Assembly: GCA_016214565.1 (NCBI GenBank)
Contig: JACROE010000002.1
Span: 1,048,007-1,112,006 of the forward strand
Reading direction: 5' to 3'
Length of the DNA stretch: 64,000 nt
Source: Candidatus Kerfeldbacteria bacterium
GTDB lineage: Bacteria; Patescibacteriota; Patescibacteriia; UBA10025; JAHIVO01
The notes under the pieces were generated by a model. The model ran no database searches. It saw only the letters and a program-made list of their open reading frames with translations, and was not told the origin of the DNA. Made by a program: the position numbers and the translations under genes. Below are positions 1 through 8,873 of this stretch, piece after piece. The first letter of the stretch is position 1. Every line of letters begins with the position of its first letter.

Positions 1-751
1 GTTTCAATACTTTCACCCAGGCGCTGTCGCCTCCTTGAACCCCTACCAGCAATTCATCTTCAGGACCACCATCAACATTTGCAGCCCCAACTACGATCCC
101 ACCTCGATAATCAGGATGAAAAGGAAATAAATTATCTTCAGGAATTCCGTATTGGTCAAAGACCCGAACATGAGCCGCGCCCCCGGCTCCAGCACCAGTG
201 ATTATTTCATCTTTGCCATCACCATCGAGATCTCCCACTGCTAAGTTTACTCCACCGCGGAACTGCGTATCATACGCAAAAAAACCTGGAGTAAAAATTG
301 GAGTGCCACTTTTGGAAAAAATTCGAACTTGTGGTGCGCCACCAGATTGCGGCGCAGTAACGATTTCCAATGACCCATCACCATTTAAATCCCCCACTGC
401 CACGTTTACGCCAGCGCGCATGTTTACATCATACGCAAAAAAATCCTCAATCGAGCTTCCATCTTGTCGCATTATTCTTATATGAGGTGCGCCACCAGCT
501 CCTGGTGCCGTAACGATTTCACTGATACCATCCTCATCAAAATCACCTACCGCTACTTGTACACCACCTGAAAATCTAAGGTCATATGCAGAAAAAGTAG
601 TTTGCCAGTCGTTTCCTTTAAAAAGAGACACGTCAGGTGTATGGGCATATCCAGCGTAAGTAGCTCGTGGCATTCCAAGCCAAAAAACGAGTGCCAAAAA
701 AATAAAAGCCCCCGCACGAATTGACAGCCATTGGACATTATTTTTTATCAT
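1..751 (-). CDS. secreted FG-GAP/VCBS-repeat protein (start at 751; 3' end/C-terminus truncated by window edge)
   Basis: My own minus-strand translation. ATG at 751-749, then signal peptide MIKNNVQWLSIRAGAFIFLALVFWLG. At least 4 tandem ~55-aa repeats follow, of the form F-x-A-Y-D-x-x-F-R-G-G-V-x-[VL]-A-V-G-D-[FL]-[DN]-G-D-G-x-x-E-I-[VI]-T-[AG]-[PA]-x-x-G-G-A-[PA]-x-[VI]-R-[IV]-F. This is an integrin-alpha FG-GAP-like Ca-binding motif. The ORF stays open to position 1. It is absent from the ORF track because there is no in-window stop. Confidence 0.7.
   Translation of the reverse strand, partial: MIKNNVQWLSIRAGAFIFLALVFWLGMPRATYAGYAHTPDVSLFKGNDWQTTFSAYDLRFSGGVQVAVGDFDEDGISEIVTAPGAGGAPHIRIMRQDGSSIEDFFAYDVNMRAGVNVAVGDLNGDGSLEIVTAPQSGGAPQVRIFSKSGTPIFTPGFFAYDTQFRGGVNLAVGDLDGDGKDEIITGAGAGGAAHVRVFDQYGIPEDNLFPFHPDYRGGIVVGAANVDGGPEDELLVGVQGGDSAWVKVLK
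150..660 (-). repeat. intragenic tandem repeats (~165 nt period) encoding FG-GAP modules
   Basis: Near-identical DNA segments recur ~170 nt apart, e.g. 258-282 (cgtatcatacgcaaaaaaacctgga) vs 428-452 (catcatacgcaaaaaaatcctcaat). They correspond to protein-level FG-GAP repeats, so they are coding rather than a CRISPR or satellite. Confidence 0.6.
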
Positions 752-782
752 TTTTATTGGTATTTTTTATTTTTATGTAATT

Positions 783-811
783 ATTATATCACAAAAAAAT
801 GCCTTTGTAAA
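783..811 (-). promoter_or_regulatory. sigma70-like promoter for the FG-GAP protein gene
   Basis: Minus-strand read: TTTACA (+806..811), a 17-nt spacer, then TGaTATAAT (extended -10, +783..788). About 30 nt separate the -10 from the ATG at 751. The region is AT-rich. Confidence 0.45.
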
Positions 812-834
812 GACATGTCGCTACTTTTTAAAAC

Positions 835-2544
835 TTAATTTACTTCTGTTTTTGATAATTCAGTCAGTACCCGCTGATCATGTCGACGCCACTCAGACAA
901 CATCTTGTTATCTATCCTTCCATCATGCACCAATGAGGCTAAGTGCTTCCCTCCCAAAAAATGAGGCAGCACCACATAATCAGCGCCTGCTTCGTAAAGA
1001 TGTCGAGCCTCCCACGCATTATACGCGGTTACAATAACTGTCGGTAATCGTTTTGCCATTTTCCTTAATGCGTTAATTTTTTCGACAATAACGATGTTGT
1101 CCTCCAAACTAGGAATAGTTGAAATAAGTATGTACGCGTCCTCCACATGCACAAGCTCAAGTGTTTCGGTATCAGTGATATCACCATAAACCACTTTATA
1201 CTTTTGCTGTTGCAATTGCTTGACAACAATAGGATCAAATTCAACAACGACTAATTTTTGCTTATCAATGGCATGGAGCAAATGTCCACCTAGACGATGA
1301 GCACCGACAAGTATTATTGGGCCACGTAAATTTTGCTGTATCACCACTTTCTCATGTGCATTCTTTTTTTCAAATATATTCAAGTAGTTCTGAATGCGTT
1401 TGTATACAGTATGACCGTGCAGTATTAAATAGGTTGAAAGCATCATTGTAAAAACAGCCACCATAGTAACCAGTGAAACCTCACGATTAGTGACATGCCC
1501 AATCGCCAAACCCATCGCCATTAGTATTAGGCTAAATTCTGAAACTTGGGCGGTCGTTACGCTAATAAAAAAACTTGTCTTCTTGCGGTAACCAAGCATA
1601 CCCATAATGGCCAGCATGATCAATGGATTACCGACTATCACAAATATTGAAAGTACAACCGCTGGTGCAAGCGTTGACTGAATATCCTTTATAACCAAAG
1701 ATGAACCTAAAATTATAAAAAATATCAGTATGAAAAAATCACGTAGCGGTCTCAATTGAGATTCAATCTGAAACTGTTGTAATGACTTTGCCAGGGCAAG
1801 GCCAGCCAGAAAACCGCCAATCTCTACCGAAAGGCCAATAAATTCGCTGGCGACAAAGGCGCTCAACCCAAGCGCCCAGGCGATACTCATAACAAATATT
1901 AACTCTTGGGTTCTCGCCAGCTTCGAAAATAGCCACGGAAAAAAATGATTTGAAAGTCCATAGATAACTGCAAATAACGCTATACTTTTGCCGAGTGTCA
2001 GAGCTACGCTGGAAAATTGAGGCGAGCTGGTTTCAGCATTAAACCCAGCCAGAAAAATAAGTAAAATAATCGCGACAATATCCTGTACGATCAAAAATCC
2101 CACAACAATCCTGCCGTATAAACTTTGAGTGTCACGAAGCTGATTCAGTAATCGTATAACAACGATGGTACTAGAAAATGTAAGCGCAAACGCTATATAG
2201 AGTGACGGCAATATTTCGAAACCAAGTAATCTGACGATAAAAAACCCAACGCCCCCAGTTATAATAATTTGTGCTGCACCACCTAATAACGACGCCTTAC
2301 CAATCGCGCCAAAATTATCGAGGCGCATTTGTAAGCCAACCAAAAATAGTAACAAGGTAACCCCCAGCGTTGCCATGACTTCAAATAATTCACTACTTCG
2401 AGTACTAAAAACACCCGAAGCGGCGAGTACCACTCCAGTTAATAAATACGCCACCATCGTGGGTTGTCGGAAAGCGCGTGCAACTAAACCAAAAAGTGCG
2501 GCGACAACGATGATCAGGGTTAAATCAAGGAAAGCATGGGACAT
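835..2544 (-). CDS. monovalent cation:proton antiporter (CPA2/KefB-type) with C-terminal RCK/TrkA-N domain
   Basis: ORF 835..2643 gives a 602-aa product with ~12 TM helices. The C-terminal Rossmann motif ILVGAHRLGGHLL (GxGxxG) plus DxxD marks an RCK_N domain. The start is most likely the internal Met (MSHAFLDL...) at 2544, because the upstream 33 aa are Cys/His-rich with no TM and overlap the neighbouring gene. Confidence 0.75.
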   Translation of the reverse strand: MSHAFLDLTLIIVVAALFGLVARAFRQPTMVAYLLTGVVLAASGVFSTRSSELFEVMATLGVTLLLFLVGLQMRLDNFGAIGKASLLGGAAQIIITGGVGFFIVRLLGFEILPSLYIAFALTFSSTIVVIRLLNQLRDTQSLYGRIVVGFLIVQDIVAIILLIFLAGFNAETSSPQFSSVALTLGKSIALFAVIYGLSNHFFPWLFSKLARTQELIFVMSIAWALGLSAFVASEFIGLSVEIGGFLAGLALAKSLQQFQIESQLRPLRDFFILIFFIILGSSLVIKDIQSTLAPAVVLSIFVIVGNPLIMLAIMGMLGYRKKTSFFISVTTAQVSEFSLILMAMGLAIGHVTNREVSLVTMVAVFTMMLSTYLILHGHTVYKRIQNYLNIFEKKNAHEKVVIQQNLRGPIILVGAHRLGGHLLHAIDKQKLVVVEFDPIVVKQLQQQKYKVVYGDITDTETLELVHVEDAYILISTIPSLEDNIVIVEKINALRKMAKRLPTVIVTAYNAWEARHLYEAGADYVVLPHFLGGKHLASLVHDGRIDNKMLSEWRRHDQRVLTELSKTEVN

Positions 2545-2555
2545 GCCTGTTTTTG

Positions 2556-2792
2556 TTATTCTTTTTTGGTTAAGGTGAGCAGCTGAACACTGACCGCAAC
2601 GACCAATAGTGTGACAACAATGGCATATACAAATTTCATCCAAAGTGCATTCGTACTCAGTGGAAATAGTGCATCAATAAGGGCCCGGACAGCGTCGTTC
2701 CAGGCCAGTCCCGCTACGAGACCAAGCGCGGCCACAATGTAGCCAGCTGTCTTTTCTCGTATTTCTTTCTTTAGATTTCTGCTCTCTGCCAT
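2556..2792 (-). CDS. small membrane protein, hypothetical
   Basis: ORF 2556..2837, trimmed to the Met at MAESRNLKK to remove a 37-nt overlap with the upstream gene. It has two predicted TM helices (AGYIVAALGLVAGLAW / FVYAIVVTLLVVAVSV). Confidence 0.4.
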   Translation of the reverse strand: MAESRNLKKEIREKTAGYIVAALGLVAGLAWNDAVRALIDALFPLSTNALWMKFVYAIVVTLLVVAVSVQLLTLTKKE

Positions 2793-2800
2793 GTCAAGAG

Positions 2801-3220
2801 TTATAAGCGAATAAAGAAGCTGACAAAGAGAGCCCAATAAACCACAAAGGAGGTTATCACAACCGTATTCATTCTAATATAGCGGTGATAATTGACATTG
2901 CGGTATCGCTTGATCATTAAATCTGAAAAAAATAAAAGTGTCACCCCAACGGTATAGAGCGACATGACGGAAAGAAGGGCAAATGCAATCATTTCAGAAA
3001 GGCGCCCACCAGTGGTGAACAAATTTGATGAGTAAAACGGGTCAGCCCATCGGTCGAGAATTTCTAAGATAAATTGGATCTCAAAATACAGGAGTGACCA
3101 TAAAATTATCATGATAAAAAGGTGCTGCAAAACTTCCCGAACAGTTAAAAAGTTATTCTGAATTTCAGGTTCGTTTACTGGCTTCGAAATAGGTGTGGCC
3201 GACGTTGACTTCATAGTCAT
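2801..3220 (-). CDS. membrane protein, hypothetical
   Basis: 139-aa ORF with 3-4 hydrophobic helices. A TATACT -10-like element lies upstream on the minus strand around +3240. Confidence 0.45.
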   Translation of the reverse strand: MTMKSTSATPISKPVNEPEIQNNFLTVREVLQHLFIMIILWSLLYFEIQFILEILDRWADPFYSSNLFTTGGRLSEMIAFALLSVMSLYTVGVTLLFFSDLMIKRYRNVNYHRYIRMNTVVITSFVVYWALFVSFFIRL

Positions 3221-3309
3221 TTGGTTGAATAGACTTAGTATAGCATTGATTGGTCGTGCCGAAAACTGCTTAATTTGAACCCTGGAATCAAGACATTACC
3301 AGCATTGCA

Positions 3310-3792
3310 CTATGCGTCCTTAATAAAGTGTACGACGGTTTGAGCGATGCGATACCCGAGTGATTGGTGGACGCGCTGACTGAGCGCATTAGTTGCTTCA
3401 GTATCAGAAGCAAACGTATCGCAGTTTTTATCTTTTGCCCAGCACTCGAACATACGATTTAAATCACGTGCCACGCCACGACGACGGTACTTCGGATCCA
3501 CATACAAACCCTCAAGGTAGCCGACTGGGCTACTCTGACTTCCCTCCACATATTCAAATCGAAGTGAACCATGAATAAAACCGACTAACCGATCACGTGC
3601 CAATTGTGCAATAAATAAACAATCATTTTTTGAATGTACATATTCATCAAATTCCTTCCGCAATTCACTAACTGCAGCATGAGGCCACAACTTCTTTCCA
3701 AGCTTAACCAAAGCTGCAACATGAGACTGTTGAGCCAATGAGTAAACAAATGGCTTGATTGGTGGCCTGGTCTTATTTATTTTCCGTGGCAT
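3310..3792 (-). CDS. GNAT N-acetyltransferase, AAC(6')-I-like (aminoglycoside 6'-N-acetyltransferase family)
   Basis: 160 aa. I recall the AAC(6')-Iy/Ic subfamily as carrying: LWP ... SSPVGYLEGLYVDPKYRRRGVA ... CDTFASDTEATNALSQRVHQSLGY. From memory AAC(6')-Iy reads SSPVVFLEGIFVLPSFRQRGVA...MASDTSPENTISQKVHQALGF. The start overlaps the secA stop by 16 nt. Confidence 0.6.
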   Translation of the reverse strand: MPRKINKTRPPIKPFVYSLAQQSHVAALVKLGKKLWPHAAVSELRKEFDEYVHSKNDCLFIAQLARDRLVGFIHGSLRFEYVEGSQSSPVGYLEGLYVDPKYRRRGVARDLNRMFECWAKDKNCDTFASDTEATNALSQRVHQSLGYRIAQTVVHFIKDA

Positions 3793-6566
3793 TGCTTAAA
3801 CTTTTTTCCACTACCACACGGGCAGGGATCATTTCTGCCTACTTTCTTTCCCTCAACCGTTTTTAAATTTCCCCCTGCGGTCGTTTGGGTATTCGTCGGA
3901 GCATCAGACCGGCTCGAAGGTGGTAATGACGTATTTTGATATGAAGGCGCAGACATGTCATCACTCGTTTTGGCAGGGGCGGATAATTGCTGCCGAGCTG
4001 ATAGCATTGGGTTTGAACCAACGGCCGAAGGAGTGCCGACTTTATATATAGTATATGCAATATTCTTCTGAATGTTGTTCATCAGCTCATTAAACAGGTT
4101 GTAAGCTTCTTTTTTATACTCAATGAGCGGGTCTTGCTGGCCATACCCACGTAAACCAATCCCCTGGCGCAAACTTGCCATTATATCCAAATGCTCTACC
4201 CACAGCGTATCGATGGCTCTCAAGTAAACCGCTTTTTCTATAATGCGCATTCGCTCACTATCACCAATCCGCTGCTCCAAATCTACATACGCACTCTGAG
4301 CGAGCGTAACCAAGTATTGAATCAGTCGCGTTCGCGCCTGAGCGTCCTGCTGCCGATCACCGGCTTTTTCTCGAATATCCTCTAGCCGTACACGTTGCGC
4401 AAGTTGAACTGGAAAGATGGTATCAACCACCTCATATATTTCATCTAAATTCCAACTAAATTCATCCTCGGCAGATGTATGAAAGGAAACAACCTGTTCT
4501 AATTCATTTTCAATTAAAGACAGTACGGACTGTTTCAAAGCTGGCACACCTTCGATCCCCTCGACTGTTTTTTCGGATAACTCCAAGATTTCTAATCTTT
4601 TCTTATATATAACCTCACGATGCTTATTAATCACATCGTCATATTCAACTAAATGCTTACGAATATCGAAATTATGACCTTCTACCTTTTTCTGAGCTGC
4701 TTCGATTGAGCGAGAAATCATCCGATTTTCAATTGGCATATCATCGGGAATACCCATGCGATCCATCAAACTCTTTACCCGATCTGATCCAAATATGCGC
4801 ATCAAATCATCATCCATCGAAACAAAAAATTGAGATGAGCCGGGATCGCCTTGACGTCCGGAGCGGCCTCGCAATTGATTATCGATGCGTCGTGACTCAT
4901 GGCGCTCGGTGCCAATAACATGTAAGCCGCCTAATTGTTTCACTCGGGCGCTATCTGCATCAGCGGCACCCTCACCACCTAAAACGATATCTACACCGCG
5001 ACCAGCCATATTTGTTGCGACGGTTACGGCGCCAATTTTACCCGCATCAGCAATAATCATAGCTTCACGTTCATGATTTTTTGCATTAAGAACATTATGC
5101 GGCACGCCTTCCCGCTCAAGTAGTTTACTAATTGCCTCATTTTTTTCCACTGATATCGTGCCGATGAGAATTGGCTGACCGAGGTCATGCCTGATTTTAA
5201 CTTCCCGTACAATAGCTTGATATTTACCGCTCAAATTTTTATAAATGCTATCCGGTCGGTCATCCCGTGCGGTTGGCTTATTAGTGGGGATACTCACGAC
5301 TTCTAACTCATATATTTTGTGAAATTCCTCTGCTTCGGTGGCAGCCGTACCAGTCATGCCGGATAGTTTATGATACATTCTGAAATAATTCTGAAATGTG
5401 ATGGTAGCCAACGTTCGACTCTCGCGCTTCACCTCGACACCCTCTTTCGCTTCAATTGCCTGATGCAAACCTTCAGAAAATCGACGACCAAACATTAACC
5501 GGCCAGTAAATTCGTCTACGATTATTATTTCGCCGTCTTTGACGACGTAATCACGGTCACGTTTAAAAAGAGCATGCGCTCTGAGCGACTGCTCGAGGTG
5601 ATGCACTGTTTCGATGCCCTCTGCTTCATATATATTTTGAATCCCAAGCGCCTTTTCCATTTTGCTGATGCCTGTTTCAGTCAATGTAGCTGCGCGCATC
5701 TTCTCATCAATATTATAGTCTTCACCTTCAGAAAGTTTATTAATCAATTGTGCAAACCGAGCATATTGATCGGTTGATTCTTCTGCTGGAGCGGAAATTA
5801 TCAGAGGCGTCCGTGCTTCATCAATCAAGATACTATCAACCTCGTCTACAATTGCATAATGCAAACCACGCTGCACCATATCCTCCACACGCGCCACCAT
5901 GTTATCCCGTAAATAATCGAATCCATATTCATTATTAGTGCCATAAGTAATATCTGCTCGATATGCCTCAGACCGAGTTACCGTGCGCAGGTGTATCAAC
6001 CGTGGGTCGGTAACCTCTGCTGCCGTAAAGCTCGGATCAAAAACGTATGCCTGTTCATGTGTAATGCACCCAACCGTGATGCCTAAAGCACTCAGGGCTG
6101 GTCCATACCAGCCTGCGTCGCGACGGGCCAAATAATCATTAACGGTAACAACATGCACGCCGCTGCCCGACAAAGCATTTACATATGCAGCAATCACGGC
6201 AGACAGCGTTTTTCCTTCACCTGTTTTTTGCTCAGCAATGTGTCCCTGGTGAAGCGCAAAGGCGGCCATTATCTGAACATCATACGCCCGTTGATTCACC
6301 GTTCGTTTAATTGATTCACGGATTATCGATGCCGCTTCGGCAAAAATGGCATCAGCCATCTCCTTATCACGTACTTGATTTCGAAATTCCTGCGAACGTG
6401 TGGCAAGTTCAGCATCACTTAATTTCTGGATGCTGGCCTCATACTCATTAACTGCTCGAACAATTGGGTCGTAGGACTTGACCACTTTTGTATTCGGATC
6501 GCCAAATATTTTGCTCAAAATAGACATACGCAAATAAGGTGATGGGTAGTGTTGTAGTATAGTCAA
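3777..6566 (-). CDS. secA: preprotein translocase ATPase SecA
   Basis: 929 aa. DEAD-like motor motifs are present (GEGKTL Walker A, VDEVDSILIDEARTPLIIS). The C-terminal Zn-binding tail reads CPCGSGKKFKQCHGK. Confidence 0.95.
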   Translation of the reverse strand: MTILQHYPSPYLRMSILSKIFGDPNTKVVKSYDPIVRAVNEYEASIQKLSDAELATRSQEFRNQVRDKEMADAIFAEAASIIRESIKRTVNQRAYDVQIMAAFALHQGHIAEQKTGEGKTLSAVIAAYVNALSGSGVHVVTVNDYLARRDAGWYGPALSALGITVGCITHEQAYVFDPSFTAAEVTDPRLIHLRTVTRSEAYRADITYGTNNEYGFDYLRDNMVARVEDMVQRGLHYAIVDEVDSILIDEARTPLIISAPAEESTDQYARFAQLINKLSEGEDYNIDEKMRAATLTETGISKMEKALGIQNIYEAEGIETVHHLEQSLRAHALFKRDRDYVVKDGEIIIVDEFTGRLMFGRRFSEGLHQAIEAKEGVEVKRESRTLATITFQNYFRMYHKLSGMTGTAATEAEEFHKIYELEVVSIPTNKPTARDDRPDSIYKNLSGKYQAIVREVKIRHDLGQPILIGTISVEKNEAISKLLEREGVPHNVLNAKNHEREAMIIADAGKIGAVTVATNMAGRGVDIVLGGEGAADADSARVKQLGGLHVIGTERHESRRIDNQLRGRSGRQGDPGSSQFFVSMDDDLMRIFGSDRVKSLMDRMGIPDDMPIENRMISRSIEAAQKKVEGHNFDIRKHLVEYDDVINKHREVIYKKRLEILELSEKTVEGIEGVPALKQSVLSLIENELEQVVSFHTSAEDEFSWNLDEIYEVVDTIFPVQLAQRVRLEDIREKAGDRQQDAQARTRLIQYLVTLAQSAYVDLEQRIGDSERMRIIEKAVYLRAIDTLWVEHLDIMASLRQGIGLRGYGQQDPLIEYKKEAYNLFNELMNNIQKNIAYTIYKVGTPSAVGSNPMLSARQQLSAPAKTSDDMSAPSYQNTSLPPSSRSDAPTNTQTTAGGNLKTVEGKKVGRNDPCPCGSGKKFKQCHGK

Positions 6567-6586
6567 TTACGACTTAACACACAAGT

Positions 6587-7492
6587 TTATTGTTCAAATC
6601 CAACATATTTAATTTCCTCCTGCAATTGTATGCCAAATCGATCCCGGACTTGCTGCTTGATGTAGCTAATAAGGATTGCCACATCCTCCGCAGTAGCCTT
6701 GCCAGTATTAACAATAAAATTAGAGTGCTCATCCGCAACCCGCGCCCCTCCAATTTGCTTTCCACGAAAACCAATTGCATCGACCAATTGCCATGACTTA
6801 TGGCCAGGCGGATTTTTGAAAATGGAACCAGCGCACGGTAAATGAATTGGTTGGTGCGAACGCTTGTCTAGAAACATCTTTACGTTTTGTTGTATCTCTG
6901 CGGCCGGCGCTTGGGACAGCGAAAAAGTCGCTGACAGTATTATTTCAGTTTCAGTGTACTTAAATCTGCTAAATCGATATGAAAAATCGCATTGTGATTT
7001 TGGGATTGTTTGCTGGTGACTTTCTGCATCCAAAATTTCCACTGATACCAAGTGCTCATCAATCCATTCTCCAGCGCGAGGGGTTCCAACGTTTCCAGCG
7101 ACACCTCCACCGATTGTGCCAGGGATGCCCATCAAATATTCCAAGCCAGTTAAGCCATGGCTGATTGTATCACGAATTAATTTTTGCAATTTAACGCCAG
7201 ACTCAGCAATTACCGTCGTACCCTGATAAATGATTTGATGATTATCCTGCTTTATGACTAAACCTGAAAAACCCTTGTCCGCAACTAGAATGTTGCTCCC
7301 ATTTCCCAAAATAAAATAGGGTATCCGTAATTCACGAGCAGTACGTATCGCGTGTACAAAGTCGGAGTTGTTCGTAGCCGAGTAAAAATACCGTGCCGGC
7401 CCACCAATTTTAAAGCTCGTATAGGGCGCCAAAATTTCGCGCTCCTTAACTCCGGGGAGAATAGTCAGTAATTGTGGGTTATTTTTTTCCAC
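6587..7492 (-). CDS. murB: UDP-N-acetylenolpyruvoylglucosamine reductase MurB
   Basis: 301 aa with an FAD-binding N-terminus (FKIGGPARYF) and a MurB C-terminal domain. It sits in dcw-cluster context. Confidence 0.9.
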   Translation of the reverse strand: MEKNNPQLLTILPGVKEREILAPYTSFKIGGPARYFYSATNNSDFVHAIRTARELRIPYFILGNGSNILVADKGFSGLVIKQDNHQIIYQGTTVIAESGVKLQKLIRDTISHGLTGLEYLMGIPGTIGGGVAGNVGTPRAGEWIDEHLVSVEILDAESHQQTIPKSQCDFSYRFSRFKYTETEIILSATFSLSQAPAAEIQQNVKMFLDKRSHQPIHLPCAGSIFKNPPGHKSWQLVDAIGFRGKQIGGARVADEHSNFIVNTGKATAEDVAILISYIKQQVRDRFGIQLQEEIKYVGFEQ

Positions 7493-8873
7493 GCATTTTT
7501 CTATTAATAGCTGAAATTAAGCGCTCGTTAATCTCAGTAATCGTACCGGCGCCCATGGTTATGATAATATCTCCAGTTCGTATCTGTCGCGTAACCGCAC
7601 TAACAATTGCCGAAAATGACTTATAATACTGCACATCAGGGTGAATCTTCGAAATTTCTTTAACCAATGAAGGTGTGGCCAGACGCTCCGCGGTTTCTCG
7701 CCCACTCACTAAATAAATGTCGGACAAAACAAGAGTGTCTGCATCACCAAAAGCTGTTACAAAGTCTTTAAATAAAGATTTAGTGCGATGGGTGCTATGC
7801 GGCTGGAAAATGCACCATATCCGCCGTTTGGGAAAATATTGTTTAGCTGTTTGTAGTGTAGCTCGAATTTCGGTTGGATGATGCGCATAGTCATCAACCA
7901 CTACAACACCGCCTGGTTCACCTGTTATTTCAAATCGACGCCAGCATCCTCGATAGACCAATAAGCCCCGCTGTATTTGATCTATAGAAATACCAAAAGA
8001 GCGAGCCATCAGCGCCGCGCCAAGCGCATTACGAATATTATGATCACCGGGGACGCGGATCGCCAAATCAAATCGCTCAATACCACGAACACTGAAGCGA
8101 GTTATCTCTCCGTGCCGTTCAATCTGACCAACATAATAATCACCATATGCCAGTCCAAATGTTGTCACATTAGCACGCAGTCGTTTTAGTACTTTCTGAA
8201 CATTAGAATCCTCTGCATTTGCTACCACCGTCCCGCCTTTTGGAACGCTCCGTGCTAGCTTGTCAAACGCAGTGACTACATTTTTTTCTGTCCTGTAGAA
8301 ATCAAGGTGATCCGACTCAATATTATTTATGATAAGTCCGTCCGGAGTATAGTGATGAAAAGCAGCTCGATATTCATCACCTTCGACGATGAAGTGTTTT
8401 CCTAAGCCAACATGGGAATTACCAAAAGCCGGAACCTGAGTACCGACGACAACCATTGGATCGAGACCAGCTTCAAGAAAGATCGTCGCCAGCATCGCCG
8501 TGGTGGTGCTCTTTCCATGCGTACCGCTCACCACGATGGGAATATGTTTATTCATAAACCAACCCAAAAACTCAGGATAACTCAGACACGGTATTTTTAA
8601 TTTTTTCGCTCGTACCAGTTCAGGATTTTTTTCTTGAACCGCATTTGAGTAAACCACCAGCGTGGTGCCTGCCTTCAAACTTTCTGCCCGATGTACGCCA
8701 ATTACAATAGTAATCCCCTCTTTTTTTAGTTGTTTTACTAATAATGAATCAAAAACATCGGTACCGAACACCGCTGAACCAAGTTGATGCAATATGCGAG
8801 CGACGGCCGATACGCCAATACCTCCTATACCGACACAGTGAACACGTTGTAATGAATAGTTTTGCATAATCAA
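7479..8873 (-). CDS. murC: UDP-N-acetylmuramate--L-alanine ligase MurC
   Basis: GIGGIGVSAVARIL Rossmann motif and the Mur ligase P-loop GTHGKSTTTAM. 464 aa. Confidence 0.9.
   Translation of the reverse strand: MIMQNYSLQRVHCVGIGGIGVSAVARILHQLGSAVFGTDVFDSLLVKQLKKEGITIVIGVHRAESLKAGTTLVVYSNAVQEKNPELVRAKKLKIPCLSYPEFLGWFMNKHIPIVVSGTHGKSTTTAMLATIFLEAGLDPMVVVGTQVPAFGNSHVGLGKHFIVEGDEYRAAFHHYTPDGLIINNIESDHLDFYRTEKNVVTAFDKLARSVPKGGTVVANAEDSNVQKVLKRLRANVTTFGLAYGDYYVGQIERHGEITRFSVRGIERFDLAIRVPGDHNIRNALGAALMARSFGISIDQIQRGLLVYRGCWRRFEITGEPGGVVVVDDYAHHPTEIRATLQTAKQYFPKRRIWCIFQPHSTHRTKSLFKDFVTAFGDADTLVLSDIYLVSGRETAERLATPSLVKEISKIHPDVQYYKSFSAIVSAVTRQIRTGDIIITMGAGTITEINERLISAINRKMRGKK

Noticed and set aside
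258-452. Spaced direct repeats that could be mistaken for a CRISPR-like array
   Set aside because: Only 2-4 imperfect copies with a ~165-nt period. They lie in-frame inside a coding region and translate to FG-GAP modules. No cas genes.
198-485. 95-aa plus-strand ORF in the ORF track
   Set aside because: It is antisense to the FG-GAP repeat gene, low-complexity, and has no motif. The minus-strand frame carries the clear repeat and signal-peptide signal.
3310-3792. AAC(6')-like gene as a mobile resistance cassette
   Set aside because: No attC or integrase, and no transposase or IS ends. It is overlapped with and coupled to secA in a core operon, so it is most likely chromosomal and native.
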